Assembly (NCBI GenBank): GCA_040954595.2
Contig: CM082596.2
Span: 10,126,461-10,190,460, forward strand
Source: Balanoglossus misakiensis
Taxonomy: Eukaryota; Animalia; Hemichordata
Direction: 5' to 3'
Length of the DNA: 64,000 nucleotides
The translations under genes and the position numbers were made by a program. The notes under the pieces were generated by a model, which was given only the letters and a program-made list of their open reading frames with translations, was not told the origin of the DNA and ran no database searches. Positions 14,066 to 25,130 of the stretch are shown in pieces. Every line of letters starts with the position of its first letter. Position 1 is the first letter of the stretch.

Positions 14066-16033
14066 CAATACGCCAACCTTTAAAATATTACTTTAGAAAG
14101 TTTGTATTCATACTTTCTTCAAGTTGTCATAACGCTATCCCGAAATGTGTTTAAGTATTGCCTTTGTATTAATGGGCTAGATTCATGGCGTTATATGTCA
14201 TAAATTAAAAAGCCAACCCTTATTGATTTTGATAATATTTATGTCGGAGAATCCACAATGAAAAATATGTATTTCAATTTCATAACTCAAAATGATTTTC
14301 AAATCCATGACCTTATTTTCAACTCCAGTGATCGTACATCCTGAACCTTGTGCCAGTAAATGATTGGCCATTACAGGGTTAATGGGCACTCTCCCGTTCT
14401 CTTCCTCCGCAGTTTCATTCATGTTCTTGTTTGACGGAAATGGGTGTGACCAGACGCTTGAATGTTTTCATGTGGGTGTCGTTGTTCATCGGGATCGGTC
14501 TCCTGGTGTGTCTGTACAGGTACGCAAGGAGAAACTGCCCACAAGAAGCTGCGAGTGAAACTATTTAAGGTAGTATGTGCCTCGCGGTCCGAGATTCAGA
14601 CAAATGATAGTCCTCAAAACTTTTTCAAGTCTTTGATTTACTAAAGTGTATGGTGAGTCTCTTTGAAAACAACAAAAACATTACTCACCATATTGTTATT
14701 TTTTTGAAAGTTTAAAATGAAGTTGACAATGTACCAAACAGATTCTATTTATTTCTTCATGACCATGTTCACCCCAAGGTCATATGGACCTGCAAGTATA
14801 TGCCAGAGCCAGAGTCGACATTACCGAAGCCAGAGTTCAAAGCTTGCAGGTCACCCCTTGCCAGCTCATGTCTAGCTAAACTGCCATGGATGCCAAGAGA
14901 TATAGGACTACAGTAACCTGTAGATGGTTTCAGTATGTTTGAAGAAAGTGGTGGCGCACTTTTGGCTACATTTGAAATGGCTATGGTACCAGTGGTTGAA
15001 TTTGCAAAGGTGACCTTTGACCTGGTATCATTAAAGATATTAAAGAACGATTGAACATTCCTTGTTGTCGTAAAATGACATCTGTAATAACTTATATTTT
15101 ATCTGTTCATCTTGAAGTACTATATATTTAAACGCCAATTTTCCATTGCCAATCAATTTTTACAAATAAATTGTAATATGCATGTTGATTTTACAAAAAC
15201 TCCTTACTTCAAAGTGAATTCTGTTACACATCACGTAAATATTTTCCCCACGAATTCTTCAGTTGCTGACTCGGAAATTTCATATATTGGGCAGAAATTG
15301 GATACATTACCGAGCCATTAAAATTACAGTTTTCTATTTTAATTGATCTTCCATAACTTCAAGTACTTTGATTTGACATAAATTAAAAACATCATGGTGA
15401 ATAAATAAAAAATCTTTGATTATCTAATTGTGCATGTTTACATGGTTTTATTTTAGTATGCTGGGTACTTAATGTCTAATTGCTCGCTGATTTTATACTG
15501 TTCAAGATGACAATCTAATTTTAGTTTTCAGCTGATAATGGAAATTACTGATTAAAAAAATTGAATTTTGTCATGAATAAACTTGTTGTTCATGGCAGTT
15601 GCTGTATTTTGTTTCATGTGTATTCAATTTTTGCAAGAATACCATTGAGCACAGTTTGATTTGATTAAACACGTTTATCGGAAAATTTTGTCATTTGAAA
15701 TATCTGTTTTTGCGCCCTCTACCATTTGACCAAATGATTCTCTTATTTTGGTGGCCTTTGTCTGTGTATATGAGAATACTATAGTACTCTCGCATCGATG
15801 ATAGTAGAAGTTGAAAACGTCTCTTGCCACGTGGCCTAGAAGAAAGGTGATCTTTAGAGTAAAATAAAACAAACTATCCAGATAGGAAGCTAGAAAAGAA
15901 GTTGAATCGTTGAAATTTTATTTATTTTTATATTGTTAATATCGTTGGTGATGTTGACTGGCCGACAATCTTTGTCACACCAGTATTTGCAGGTAGATTA
16001 AAACATTGCCTATTCCAGCAATAATCACAACAG
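14066..16033 (+). repeat. ~1.97-kb direct repeat, copy 1
   Basis: Colinear and highly similar to 30810-32777 (starts caatacgccaacctttaaaat, ends aataatcacaacag). Confidence 0.93.
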
Positions 16034-16245
16034 TCTTACTTTCTATCTTTGTAAGCGTTAATCTTTATTGACCTCGCTTGTTGTTTTGTGTTTTTGTGTT
16101 GGTTTTGTTTTTGTTTTGTTTTTTTAGTAGTTTCATAATTTTATTTGTATTTTTAAAATGTTTTCCTGTTTTTTGTTTACTTTTTTATTTTTTTTACTAT
16201 TTGTTGATTGTAATGCTGTATGGGTCTCGACTGTCGGTCCCAACT

Positions 16246-17542
16246 TGTCATATAATTAGGTAGTACTGGAGTCAGTGGAAACCCAGGTGCCCGCATAATT
16301 TCAGGTGTAGTGACACCGTGTATTGTCATGTTAATGAATAGGGCTTCGTTAGCTAAGTTTCGTGTAGTAAGAGAGCACACTTCAATTTAGGTCTTGAAGG
16401 GAGCAACAAGTCGGGTCTCCCTGCTCAGTGAGTAGAAATACTAGGGGAAATATTGCACCATACCTTGCTGTGTCCATGTAATGCTGTAGCGCGCATTAGT
16501 GCTCTCAGGACCACTGTTTCTGCAATTCGAGTGGAAGTAAATTCAGTACTTCTAGAAAGCAGAATTGTGCTTATTCAGTGCAAACCGGTGTGGTCGGGCG
16601 ATTGGCGTGGCTGGCATGGTCGTATGTGGTGTGGCTGGAAATTGCTCCAAGCAGAGTTCTGTGGAACCATCCTATAGATCCGGTATTGCTGAGCATGAAG
16701 TGTGGTGAAGAATTCTCGTGTAAGTAATGTATTTGTTTATTTATTTACTATAACTTAAATTTATATTTTATGGATATTTATGTCAAATTCGACAATTTGT
16801 AAGTAATAGGACGGTCATAGTTAAAGCATAATTTTCCATGATATCACATGTAATCATGACGCTTTAACTAGTCCAAATTTCTGATAATTATTATTGAGAA
16901 ACATCAGTATTCATTTGTGAACAGTTGCTAAGGTGGACATTTCAGTCAATGTTTGTTGATTTTTCATTCAGCCATTTAACCCAAGACTTGCATCTAACAA
17001 GTCAGTCTTCAGTGTGTTTACTTGACTACTGGAGGACTACAAGTGGTAGAAAACATGGTGTATCACAGATTGTATGTGTAATGTGGATCGTCGCTACATC
17101 GTTCATCTATACAGGACTCCATCCCATATTGTGGTTGAATCATGATTGTTTACTATGAATGTTATATACAGCTAAGTGACACTTACCATTGTTTAGACAA
17201 TATGCAATAGACAATAAACTATAGTGATATTGTGAATATATTCATTTATGTAATATATTAAGTAACCCATTGTATTGTATGACCAATTGTATCAGCATAC
17301 CTGTACCTGCTAAATTGGTTAGGACAGAGACATTTGATATTGTGCATATTGTGCACAAAAATTATATTCCTAGTATTATCTTTATATTATTTAATTGATT
17401 TAAATTAAATCAACTGTATTATTGTATCCGCACTGGTTTGTGTAGTTTCTCCCCATACCTTATCCACGGATGTTTACTCCTTGGCACTGAGAGCTGCTCA
17501 ATATTTATCCTGGAATCAGAGGGGTGCCCTCCACCTCTGACA
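16246..17542 (+). repeat. 5' LTR of the Gmr1-like element (~1.3 kb)
   Basis: TGTCA...TGACA inverted termini. It ends 2 nt before the PBS; it starts where similarity to the 33088-33111 motif breaks off. Confidence 0.75.
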
Positions 17543-17544
17543 TT

Positions 17545-17561
17545 TGGGGGCTCGTCCGGGA
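17545..17561 (+). promoter_or_regulatory. Primer-binding site, tRNA-Pro
   Basis: TGGGGGCTCGTCCGGGA is the canonical tRNA-Pro PBS. Confidence 0.93.
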
Positions 17562-17842
17562 GTTTTATCGTTTTGTTGTGCATTTGTTTGTATACTATCA
17601 TAAATTGTTGCCATATAGTGGAGACCATGGTTTTGATAGGTAGAGATTCTGCAAATTGTGAAGACGGTGCTGGGTCTGTAGGCTGGTACTGTTACTGTAT
17701 GTGTGCTTGTGGTTTCCTGCTATATAATATGGGCCGTGTTGGTTTGCGTCGTGCGTTTGGCTGTGTTGACTTGTGCTGAATGCCCTGTACTGCTAGGGGT
17801 TGTCAAACTGGGGGTTGTAAATCGCGATACAGCAAAGCATAT

Positions 17843-19653
17843 ATGCAGAAAGAATATCTAAGATAGGGAGAAAATTTGGGTTGGAAGGGACTGCTTTAAA
17901 AGATTATGTTAGAGAGGAACAAATTAGACAGAGGGATCTTAGGGCTACTGAGAGAGAGGAGCAGAGAGAAGATAATAGGCGGCGCGAGGAACATGAGAGA
18001 GAGATACTGAAAATGCAAATTCACTTACAAGAATTAAAATTGAAAGGGGAAAATACAGAACAGCAGGTTACTGAAAATAATTTGGCCAAAGCGCGTGCTC
18101 CGAGACTACAGGGTTTACGTGAGGATGTTGATGATATGGATGCGTACCTTCAACGTTTTCAGCGCTACGCCACTGCTCAGAAGTGGGAAAAAGATGACTG
18201 GGGGTGAATCTCAGTGCATATTGTTACAAGGTAAGGATGTATCCACATACAACCAAATGCCTGCAGCGTCTGCAAATAATTATGATGAATTGAAACCAGA
18301 GTTATTGAGGGCTTACCAGTTAAGTGAGGAGAGTTTTCATGACAAGTTCCGTTCGTGTATGCCACATTATGATGAAAGTGCTCAAAAGTTTATGGACCGT
18401 ATTGGTGACTATTTGGGCAGATGGGTAGAACTGGCTGGTACTCCAAAGACGTACAATGGGCTTACAGATCTGTTACTTCGAGAGCAGTTTATTGGAGTAT
18501 GTTCCAGAGACATGGCAATGTTCATTAGAGAGCGACGGCCAGAGAATGTCCAAGAGATGGTATCTACTGCCTCAAAATACTTAGATGCCCGAGGGTGGTG
18601 GAAACTGCCAAGTAATGCCAAGAATAATCCAAGGAGCCAGCCGACAGCAAATACCAAGCCTGCTGTATATCCAAATCAAGTAAATAAGTTTAATAACAAA
18701 ACCAATGGTTCCCATGTTTTTAAAGGTACGTGCTTCGTATGTGGTAAAGGTGGTCATATGGCCAAAGATTGTAGAAGTAAGCCAAAGATGCATAAGACGG
18801 CGGTATTGTTAACTGAAGAAGATAGAAACTATCCACCTAAACAAGAATGTACACATTGGGGCAACCGTCAACAGCCCAGGGGACTAGACACTGGTTATGC
18901 ATGTATGGTGGTAGCAATGGAAATAGATAAAACAGATGCAACACTGAATAAGGAGTTCGTGTTACCATGTGGTCATAAGCTCCCAGTGATGAGTGCTGCT
19001 TGTAGTGCCCATGGAGTGAAGAAGATGCCGGTAATGAAGGGATTGGTCGATGGTAAGCTGGTTAGCGTTTTGCGTGATAGTGGGTGTAGTAGCGTGGTAG
19101 TTCGAAGAAGTCTGGTGTCAAGTAATCAGCTGACTGGTGAGTACAGGACGTGTGTTCTGATAGATGGGACTATTAGAAGAGTACCTGTAGCCTCTATAAA
19201 AGTTGATACCCCTTACTTTGTTGGTGATGTTACTGCACTGTGCATGATGAACCCTGTGTATGATTTAATACTGGGCAACATTGATGGTGTATCTGACCCT
19301 TCGAATCCTGATACTACATGGCAGGAACCATTGCCGACATGTAGACTGTGTACAACTGTTGGACAGGTACCAGGTTTAGCAAATGCTGTGGAGACCAGAG
19401 CCCAGAAGATAGCCAACCAAAAACCAATCAGAGAGCTTAAAGTACCTAAAGCTGTTGGTGAAGTGGTGATGCCAGGGAAGCTTCAACAAGCTCAAGAAGA
19501 AGACTCCACTCTTGACAAACTACGTGAGAAGGCAATTTTGGGTGACGAGAAAGTGACTAGGAATGGAGGTAGGTTGAAGTTCTTCATGAAAGATGGGATC
19601 CTGTACAGAGAGTTCAATTCGCCAATGGTCCAATTTGGTGAAAAGCTGTTACA
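17843..19653 (+). pseudogene. gag: Gmr1 gag-protease, 5' part of the polyprotein (frameshifted)
   Basis: Capsid 'DMDAYLQRFQRYATAQKW', SCAN-like 'LTDLLLREQFI', knuckle CFVCGKGGHMAKDC, protease LRDSGCS. Frameshifts near 17860 and 18205. Confidence 0.88.
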
Positions 19654-19737
19654 CACTGCGGGAAATACTAGAGCTATGTTGGGCAGTATTCCGCGAAGCG
19701 CGAGCTCCCATGTTCACCATAGCAACGCATTGCCAAG

Positions 19738-20388
19738 ATGGCGGCGCCCGTGTTGATCGATGCCGAGAAAGTTATAAAACGCAAATTGCGAGAGGCAAAA
19801 TCTGTGCTTAAACGTAAAAAATGCGTGTCGGACAATCTGTATATACACCCACTCTTTGATGAACTTGAGGATGTGACAACAAGGGCCATATTTCGAAACG
19901 ACAAGCTGTCAAAGGACAAGATTCGTTGGCGTGACGTCGCCGTATTTCCCATGTTTCAGCGTGATATGACCTACTGGCAGAAGACCTTCTACGCTCGGCT
20001 GTCAACATCCCCGTCGTTAAGGTCACCATGGCAAAGCAGCTTTACACAACAAATGCCGAGGGAAGTATTTGATGTTTTTCATCAGTTTGCTACTCGGACC
20101 GGTTTTGGTATCGACGAGAAGACCTCCAGGGCTATCATAACCTTGACCTTCACAAGTTCCTCGAAGCTATTGTATGTGATACGGAAAGGTTATTGCTACG
20201 AGGGCGCTATCGGTCAGCATACAGAGAATATCCTAGAGAAGAAAGTCCGTGGAAAGAGGGTAGCTGTTATATGCACACCTGAGAAGCCCTGTGTTGTGAA
20301 ATATTTTATCAACAGGGAGACTGTTGCTGTTAGATTCAGCTTTGGTGCCTGGAACAAACATGGAATTCCATTACATCCAGAGAACTGA
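19738..20388 (+). CDS. 216-aa basic protein of unknown function, second gene of the transposon
   Basis: Intact ORF with good start context (aagATGGcg), AATAAA at 20517, convergent with the transposase. Confidence 0.75.
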   Translation: MAAPVLIDAEKVIKRKLREAKSVLKRKKCVSDNLYIHPLFDELEDVTTRAIFRNDKLSKDKIRWRDVAVFPMFQRDMTYWQKTFYARLSTSPSLRSPWQSSFTQQMPREVFDVFHQFATRTGFGIDEKTSRAIITLTFTSSSKLLYVIRKGYCYEGAIGQHTENILEKKVRGKRVAVICTPEKPCVVKYFINRETVAVRFSFGAWNKHGIPLHPEN

Positions 20389-21240
20389 ACCCTATTGATT
20401 TTTCACACTGATTCAACCCATCTGACGAACATTTTTTTCCTGATCTGTGGCACATGTTGTTCAGTGTAGATGTATCAGTCTGTCAAGACAGTCCTCTCAC
20501 AATTGACATATATTCAAATAAAAAAAGGAAAATTAGAAGACTCAAAAATTCATCACTTGTCTTTATTTATCTACATTCAATACAAATGAACAGATAACGT
20601 TTACAAAATTTCCTAAACTGTAAAATTCTTTTTTTCCATCATTATTGTAACATAGATTTTTCATTAGTTTCAGAAAAAAATGTATGTTACCTACAATCAA
20701 CATTGATAAGTCAATCAAAACTGCTCATCTAACAGTTAACCAGGATTTCTGGTCTAAATTTAATTAATATTTACATTTAATTCCATGACAAAATTTATAA
20801 ATATCAAGAATTTGATGAGACTTAATTCTTTATTTTTTCACAAATTCATTAAAATTTCGTGCAGGTGCAGAATAAACAACTCCTCAAGAAAAATGTAAAA
20901 CTTTTCTATCAAGCTTATGTATGTCATACATTTTAATTTTGCAAAGCACTGCAATCACTATACGATTAAGGGTTTATTCACAATACTTAATAGTGGTAAG
21001 ATAAGTTTCAATTTCCCTGTCCCCATACATGCACACATATACAAAATCCCATAAGAAACATATCATCTCCAGTTCAAAAAGTGTGAATTCATGTGATTTG
21101 TGATCTCCATTTTTATTAAATGCAGCTCTCAACTACAGATGAGTCTTTATAATTCTGTAATGTAATTAATACCATAGTTATCCTTTAATTCTAAAGTAGC
21201 ACACAGTGACACAATCCACTGTTTCAAATTCAATCATTGT

Positions 21241-23481
21241 TCACAGCATAAGTTTCTTGAGTTTATTTGATATTTTACCAGTGACAGCTGCTTTTTTTAT
21301 GTCATCCATAATTGGGTCAACACATATTTCACAGGCAGTCATTGTTTCATTTTTCAAATTGCCACACATACAGTAGCCTGCATTCTCATAATATCGACTG
21401 GGAATGTATTTTTCTTTTTCTTTAAGCTCAAATTGACCTACATTTGCCCTTCTATAGTTGTCAGCTTTTGGACTTTTGTTCCTCAGCCAAAAAAGCACCA
21501 CATATTCGTGTCGAAATATGAGGGCCCACCTATTTTGAGGTGTAGAATTTTCACTGAATTCTAGCAGGCGTAGATGCTTTGCCTCTCTGCCTTCCATTGT
21601 GTTTAGGCCTAATCCCAGACTGAATTGCTTATAGATACTAGTGGTGTGTTTTGGGACTACATAACCAATGTGCCACACAGTATTATTGACATTCAGAAAC
21701 AGGGAATGTAGATTAAAGTACCACCGACACTTATGCCTAAGTACAAGCAAATCTCCCTCATTTATGTTGAATCGTGAGAATAACAAAGTGATATCTCTAA
21801 GCAAGATACCAGTATATGTGTAGAGAGCTAATTGAGCCCGACGCTTTGGACTGTCTGTATCGCTTCTCAATGCTAATACCAATCCCATGAAATGCCAAGC
21901 AAGTTTGCGAGACTCCTCACCAGTGAAGCGATAAACCACATTAATGTTGGCATTTGACTTGACACTATTTTCATTGAAGTATTTTACAATCTTATTATAC
22001 AACTTTCCAGCTTTTACTTGATATTTTAGGGCAGACAGGAATTTGTACAGATATGACTCGTTAGGTAGATTCTCAATTTTAACTCCATTTTCACGACCCT
22101 TTTCCGAAGTGTGGGCAACTGCGTCAATCAGTAATCGTTGGAAGTAGTATTGCCATGCATTGTTCTTTAAATGCAATGGCTCAGCCTTGGCACAATCAAT
22201 AAATCTACCCAACGGTGGTACAAATTCCTGTCTTGACCTCAGACTGGCTATAAATTGTGTGATTTTGGGTCGCACTGTTTTGGGCTTTCCAGTTTTAATT
22301 TTCTTAGTTGACTTCAACTTTTCAACAGCTTCTGCATCTTTAATTCTTTTCTGATATTTCCATTCATCCCACTTCTGACCTGGGCCAATTTCTGCTCCAA
22401 TACAATCAATATCATTTTTGGAAACGTTAGCAAATGAGCTGAAATACTTTGCTGCATTGCTTAGTTCTCCAGACACACTGGCCAATCCCTTCTGATCAAA
22501 GGGTAAAAGTGACACCTGAAAAGTTACATCAAGACTGCCAACTTTATATTTACGTTTCTCAATACACTCAAGGTCTTTTGACAATGCAATTGCAAATTCA
22601 ATCATTATGGGGTCATCCTCTTTTATGTTTGCCCCTAATAGGAGAAAATTGTGGTCTGGGCTAGCAACACGGTGGGTCACATTCAAGAAACTAACTAGCC
22701 ATGCAGTGGCCTGTCCATGTTTGCCAAACGGAGCCCCGTCAGCACCTATACTGATTTGAAATGAGCCCTCCTGTTTACCGAACCAGTTAAGAATATCAGG
22801 CTGTGTTTCCCCCATATTTAAATATAAACTGGCAATCTTAATAAGCAACTCCTCAGGGTTTCTTTTTAAGCCGACTTGTTTGCCTTCAGATGATATAATT
22901 GGCTCAAGATTTCCAATGTCAAGGTTACTTACATACTGTACAACTTTTGTGTATGGGAGCAGTCTTGGTATTCTACAGCCAGAATGAATTTCTAATGCTT
23001 TCCTAGGATGTTTCAAGTTGGAGAACATCTGAAGTTCACTCTGCCTCAGACAGTTATATTTTCGTTTGGATAGTACTCCGCCCTCATACATAGTTCTGAC
23101 ACTCCTCACCAAATTGTTCTCACTTTTCTCAAATTTACTGATGTATTTATCAAATACTGATGGCATTACTTTTTTACTGATTTGGGGAGAGGTTCTGAAG
23201 TATGTTTTCATTTGGTCAGGAGTGGCAGAATTAACAAGAGTATACCACAAACCATCAAGTGCTGCTTTTGGTGGATGTAGTACATTCGGTTTATTTATAC
23301 CTTTGGCTGGGCTTACATCTGTAGTTGCTACATGAATATTTATGGCTGCTGATAAGGTTTCACACCTACGTTCATACTGTTGACGTCGCGACAGCTTCAA
23401 AGATTCACTATTATCTGCACATACTTCAGTGTTCTTGTGGACCCATTTAGAGCGTTTCACATTAACATCATCAACAGGAAT
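21241..23481 (-). CDS. RAG1/Transib/Chapaev-like DDE transposase, main exon (746 aa)
   Basis: Motifs SIGADGAPFGK (D1), LPFDQKGL (D2), AEPLHLK, GLNTMEGREAKH (E), C-terminal CxC...CxxC. Acceptor atctttcag at 23482 gives in-frame IPVDDVN-VKRSKW. Confidence 0.85.
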   Translation of the reverse strand: MPVDDVNVKRSKWVHKNTEVCADNSESLKLSRRQQYERRCETLSAAINIHVATTDVSPAKGINKPNVLHPPKAALDGLWYTLVNSATPDQMKTYFRTSPQISKKVMPSVFDKYISKFEKSENNLVRSVRTMYEGGVLSKRKYNCLRQSELQMFSNLKHPRKALEIHSGCRIPRLLPYTKVVQYVSNLDIGNLEPIISSEGKQVGLKRNPEELLIKIASLYLNMGETQPDILNWFGKQEGSFQISIGADGAPFGKHGQATAWLVSFLNVTHRVASPDHNFLLLGANIKEDDPIMIEFAIALSKDLECIEKRKYKVGSLDVTFQVSLLPFDQKGLASVSGELSNAAKYFSSFANVSKNDIDCIGAEIGPGQKWDEWKYQKRIKDAEAVEKLKSTKKIKTGKPKTVRPKITQFIASLRSRQEFVPPLGRFIDCAKAEPLHLKNNAWQYYFQRLLIDAVAHTSEKGRENGVKIENLPNESYLYKFLSALKYQVKAGKLYNKIVKYFNENSVKSNANINVVYRFTGEESRKLAWHFMGLVLALRSDTDSPKRRAQLALYTYTGILLRDITLLFSRFNINEGDLLVLRHKCRWYFNLHSLFLNVNNTVWHIGYVVPKHTTSIYKQFSLGLGLNTMEGREAKHLRLLEFSENSTPQNRWALIFRHEYVVLFWLRNKSPKADNYRRANVGQFELKEKEKYIPSRYYENAGYCMCGNLKNETMTACEICVDPIMDDIKKAAVTGKISNKLKKLML

Positions 23482-23834
23482 CTGAAAGATTAAGTGTGTG
23501 ATAAATATATACTAATTAGAATATAATCATAATATATAAAATAAAATCTTCTTACAAGTTAATCATTAATTTAAATGTCCTTGATAAGAAATACACACGT
23601 GTAGCCTGTATTTTTCTGACAACTTCTGCAATAAAAATCCTAAAAAATATATATAGTTTGTTGGAAAACCTAGATGTTTTGCATCAAAGCTGAACCCATT
23701 TTGTTATCATTGTTTACACAGGATCATGTGACATGAAGTTCAAAAAGCGAATTTGGGCTAAAATTTGAAGAGGATTTATACAAATCTGAGATTTTTAAAA
23801 TTATGACTAAGTCTATTTATCTGATCTAGCTTAC

Positions 23835-24278
23835 CTTTCTCTTATTATTCTTTGTAGCTAAGATCTCACAAATCTTACTGTTCTTCTTCTCTAGTCTAGC
23901 TAGCTGGGTTGAGGATCTTTTTACTAGTCTCATAGCTGCACTCAACTTATTCAACTTATCCTGAATTATGCTTTCTTCCTCATCTCTCTTTCTCTTTCTC
24001 TGTCTACACCACTCTCCTAAGTTAAACCTGTGTTTAGTCTGTCCTCTCTTTGTTCTAACTACCAATAGGTTGTTGGCCACGCTCCCAGACAAAGATCTAG
24101 TCTTCAATTTCTCCTGATATAGTTGTTGCAAACACTTCTCTTCAGCTACCTGTCTCGCTATCTTTTGGTCCTTTGTCCACTGGCCTATGTTGAAGTAACT
24201 TTTCCCTTTTCTATTCGGCATAACAATAGACAAACTTTTAAGAAGTGCGCTACTCCTGTTGAATAGTTTGCCCCACAT
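23835..24278 (-). CDS. Transposase first coding exon (148 aa, Lys/Arg-rich); spliced product ~894 aa
   Basis: gccATG at 24278. Donor AAG|GTAAGC at 23835/23834 is phase 0 and matches the 23481 acceptor. A probable 5'-UTR intron lies at 24430-24295. Confidence 0.75.
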
Positions 24279-25130
24279 GGCTCTAAATCTATACCTGAAA
24301 AGGGTGAACAAGAGAAATATCTTTACAATAATTATCTATCCGAGGGAAGCAAAAACAAAACACCTGCTCATTATACTTCCTCCAGAAATTGAGGTCAAAG
24401 GTGACATAGAAAGAATGTGGGTAACCTTACCATAACAATCTCGCCCGTTCATTTTTTTCTTATTTCGTTTTCACCCTCGAATTTCCAGCGAATTATATCA
24501 AGAATATATTTTAGCACAAACTATTGGTTTCTGATTTTTCAGTTACGGTCTTATTTTCTGTCAATTCTATGAACAATATCACCATGTCGCTGAAAATTCG
24601 AAGCGCCGCCATTACAATCAATGTAACCCGTGCTGCTGCCAAGGAACACACAGGGTCGTATATTTTCGCTTGGTATGATTTCGTCATATTGCTTGTAGCA
24701 GCATTTTAAACATGGAATCCTATGTTTACGTATAAAAGACTAAATTCGTATGGTTTTCAAATTGAAAAAAACAATTCTGTGAAGCTGAATCGTTGTAATT
24801 TTTAGTGTTTGTTTATGGTTGCTTAGGACGGCTTCTGCTATAGCAACGGCCAGGGACTGTCAGCGGGTGATCAAAATGTTCAAGTTATTTGGCTGATACA
24901 CATAAATAACACAGCAGAATCGCAACTTTATTTCATATTGTCTCTGACATCTTGCTAATTTTACTAAACAAAACTTGGAATAAAGCAATATTACTCACCG
25001 AATTATGCTGTGCATCGACAGCTGTGTTCGATCGCGAACGCCATTACTGTGTCTAATTAAATATTCATGAGCTTCATAGGCTGCCACGGAAATACTGCCC
25101 ATAGGTGGCGTCGTTCAAGCTGTAGTGACA

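Larger units (their letters stand above)
19654..25127 (-). mobile_element. 5,474-bp two-gene DNA transposon of the RAG1/Transib/Chapaev (CAC...GTG) group
   Basis: Ends CACTGC... and ...GTAGTG, flanked by ACA (19651-53 and 25128-30). Removing it plus one ACA restores the Gmr1 frame (GEKLL-Q-VVVPRVYR). Confidence 0.9.

Noticed and set aside
19654-19756. C-terminal tail of the 553-aa ORF (HTAGNTRAM...)
   Set aside because: Read-through from Gmr1 into the inserted transposon end.
19738-23481. Calling the gene pair RAG1/RAG2 (true ProtoRAG)
   Set aside because: The TSD is 3 bp not 5 bp, there is no RING or nonamer-binding region or CxxC, and the partner is too short and shows no kelch or PHD pattern.
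24431-24612. Upstream coding exon from the ATG at 24612 (minus strand)
   Set aside because: The splice phase would fit, but there is an in-frame TAA at codon 34; treated as 5' UTR or uORF.
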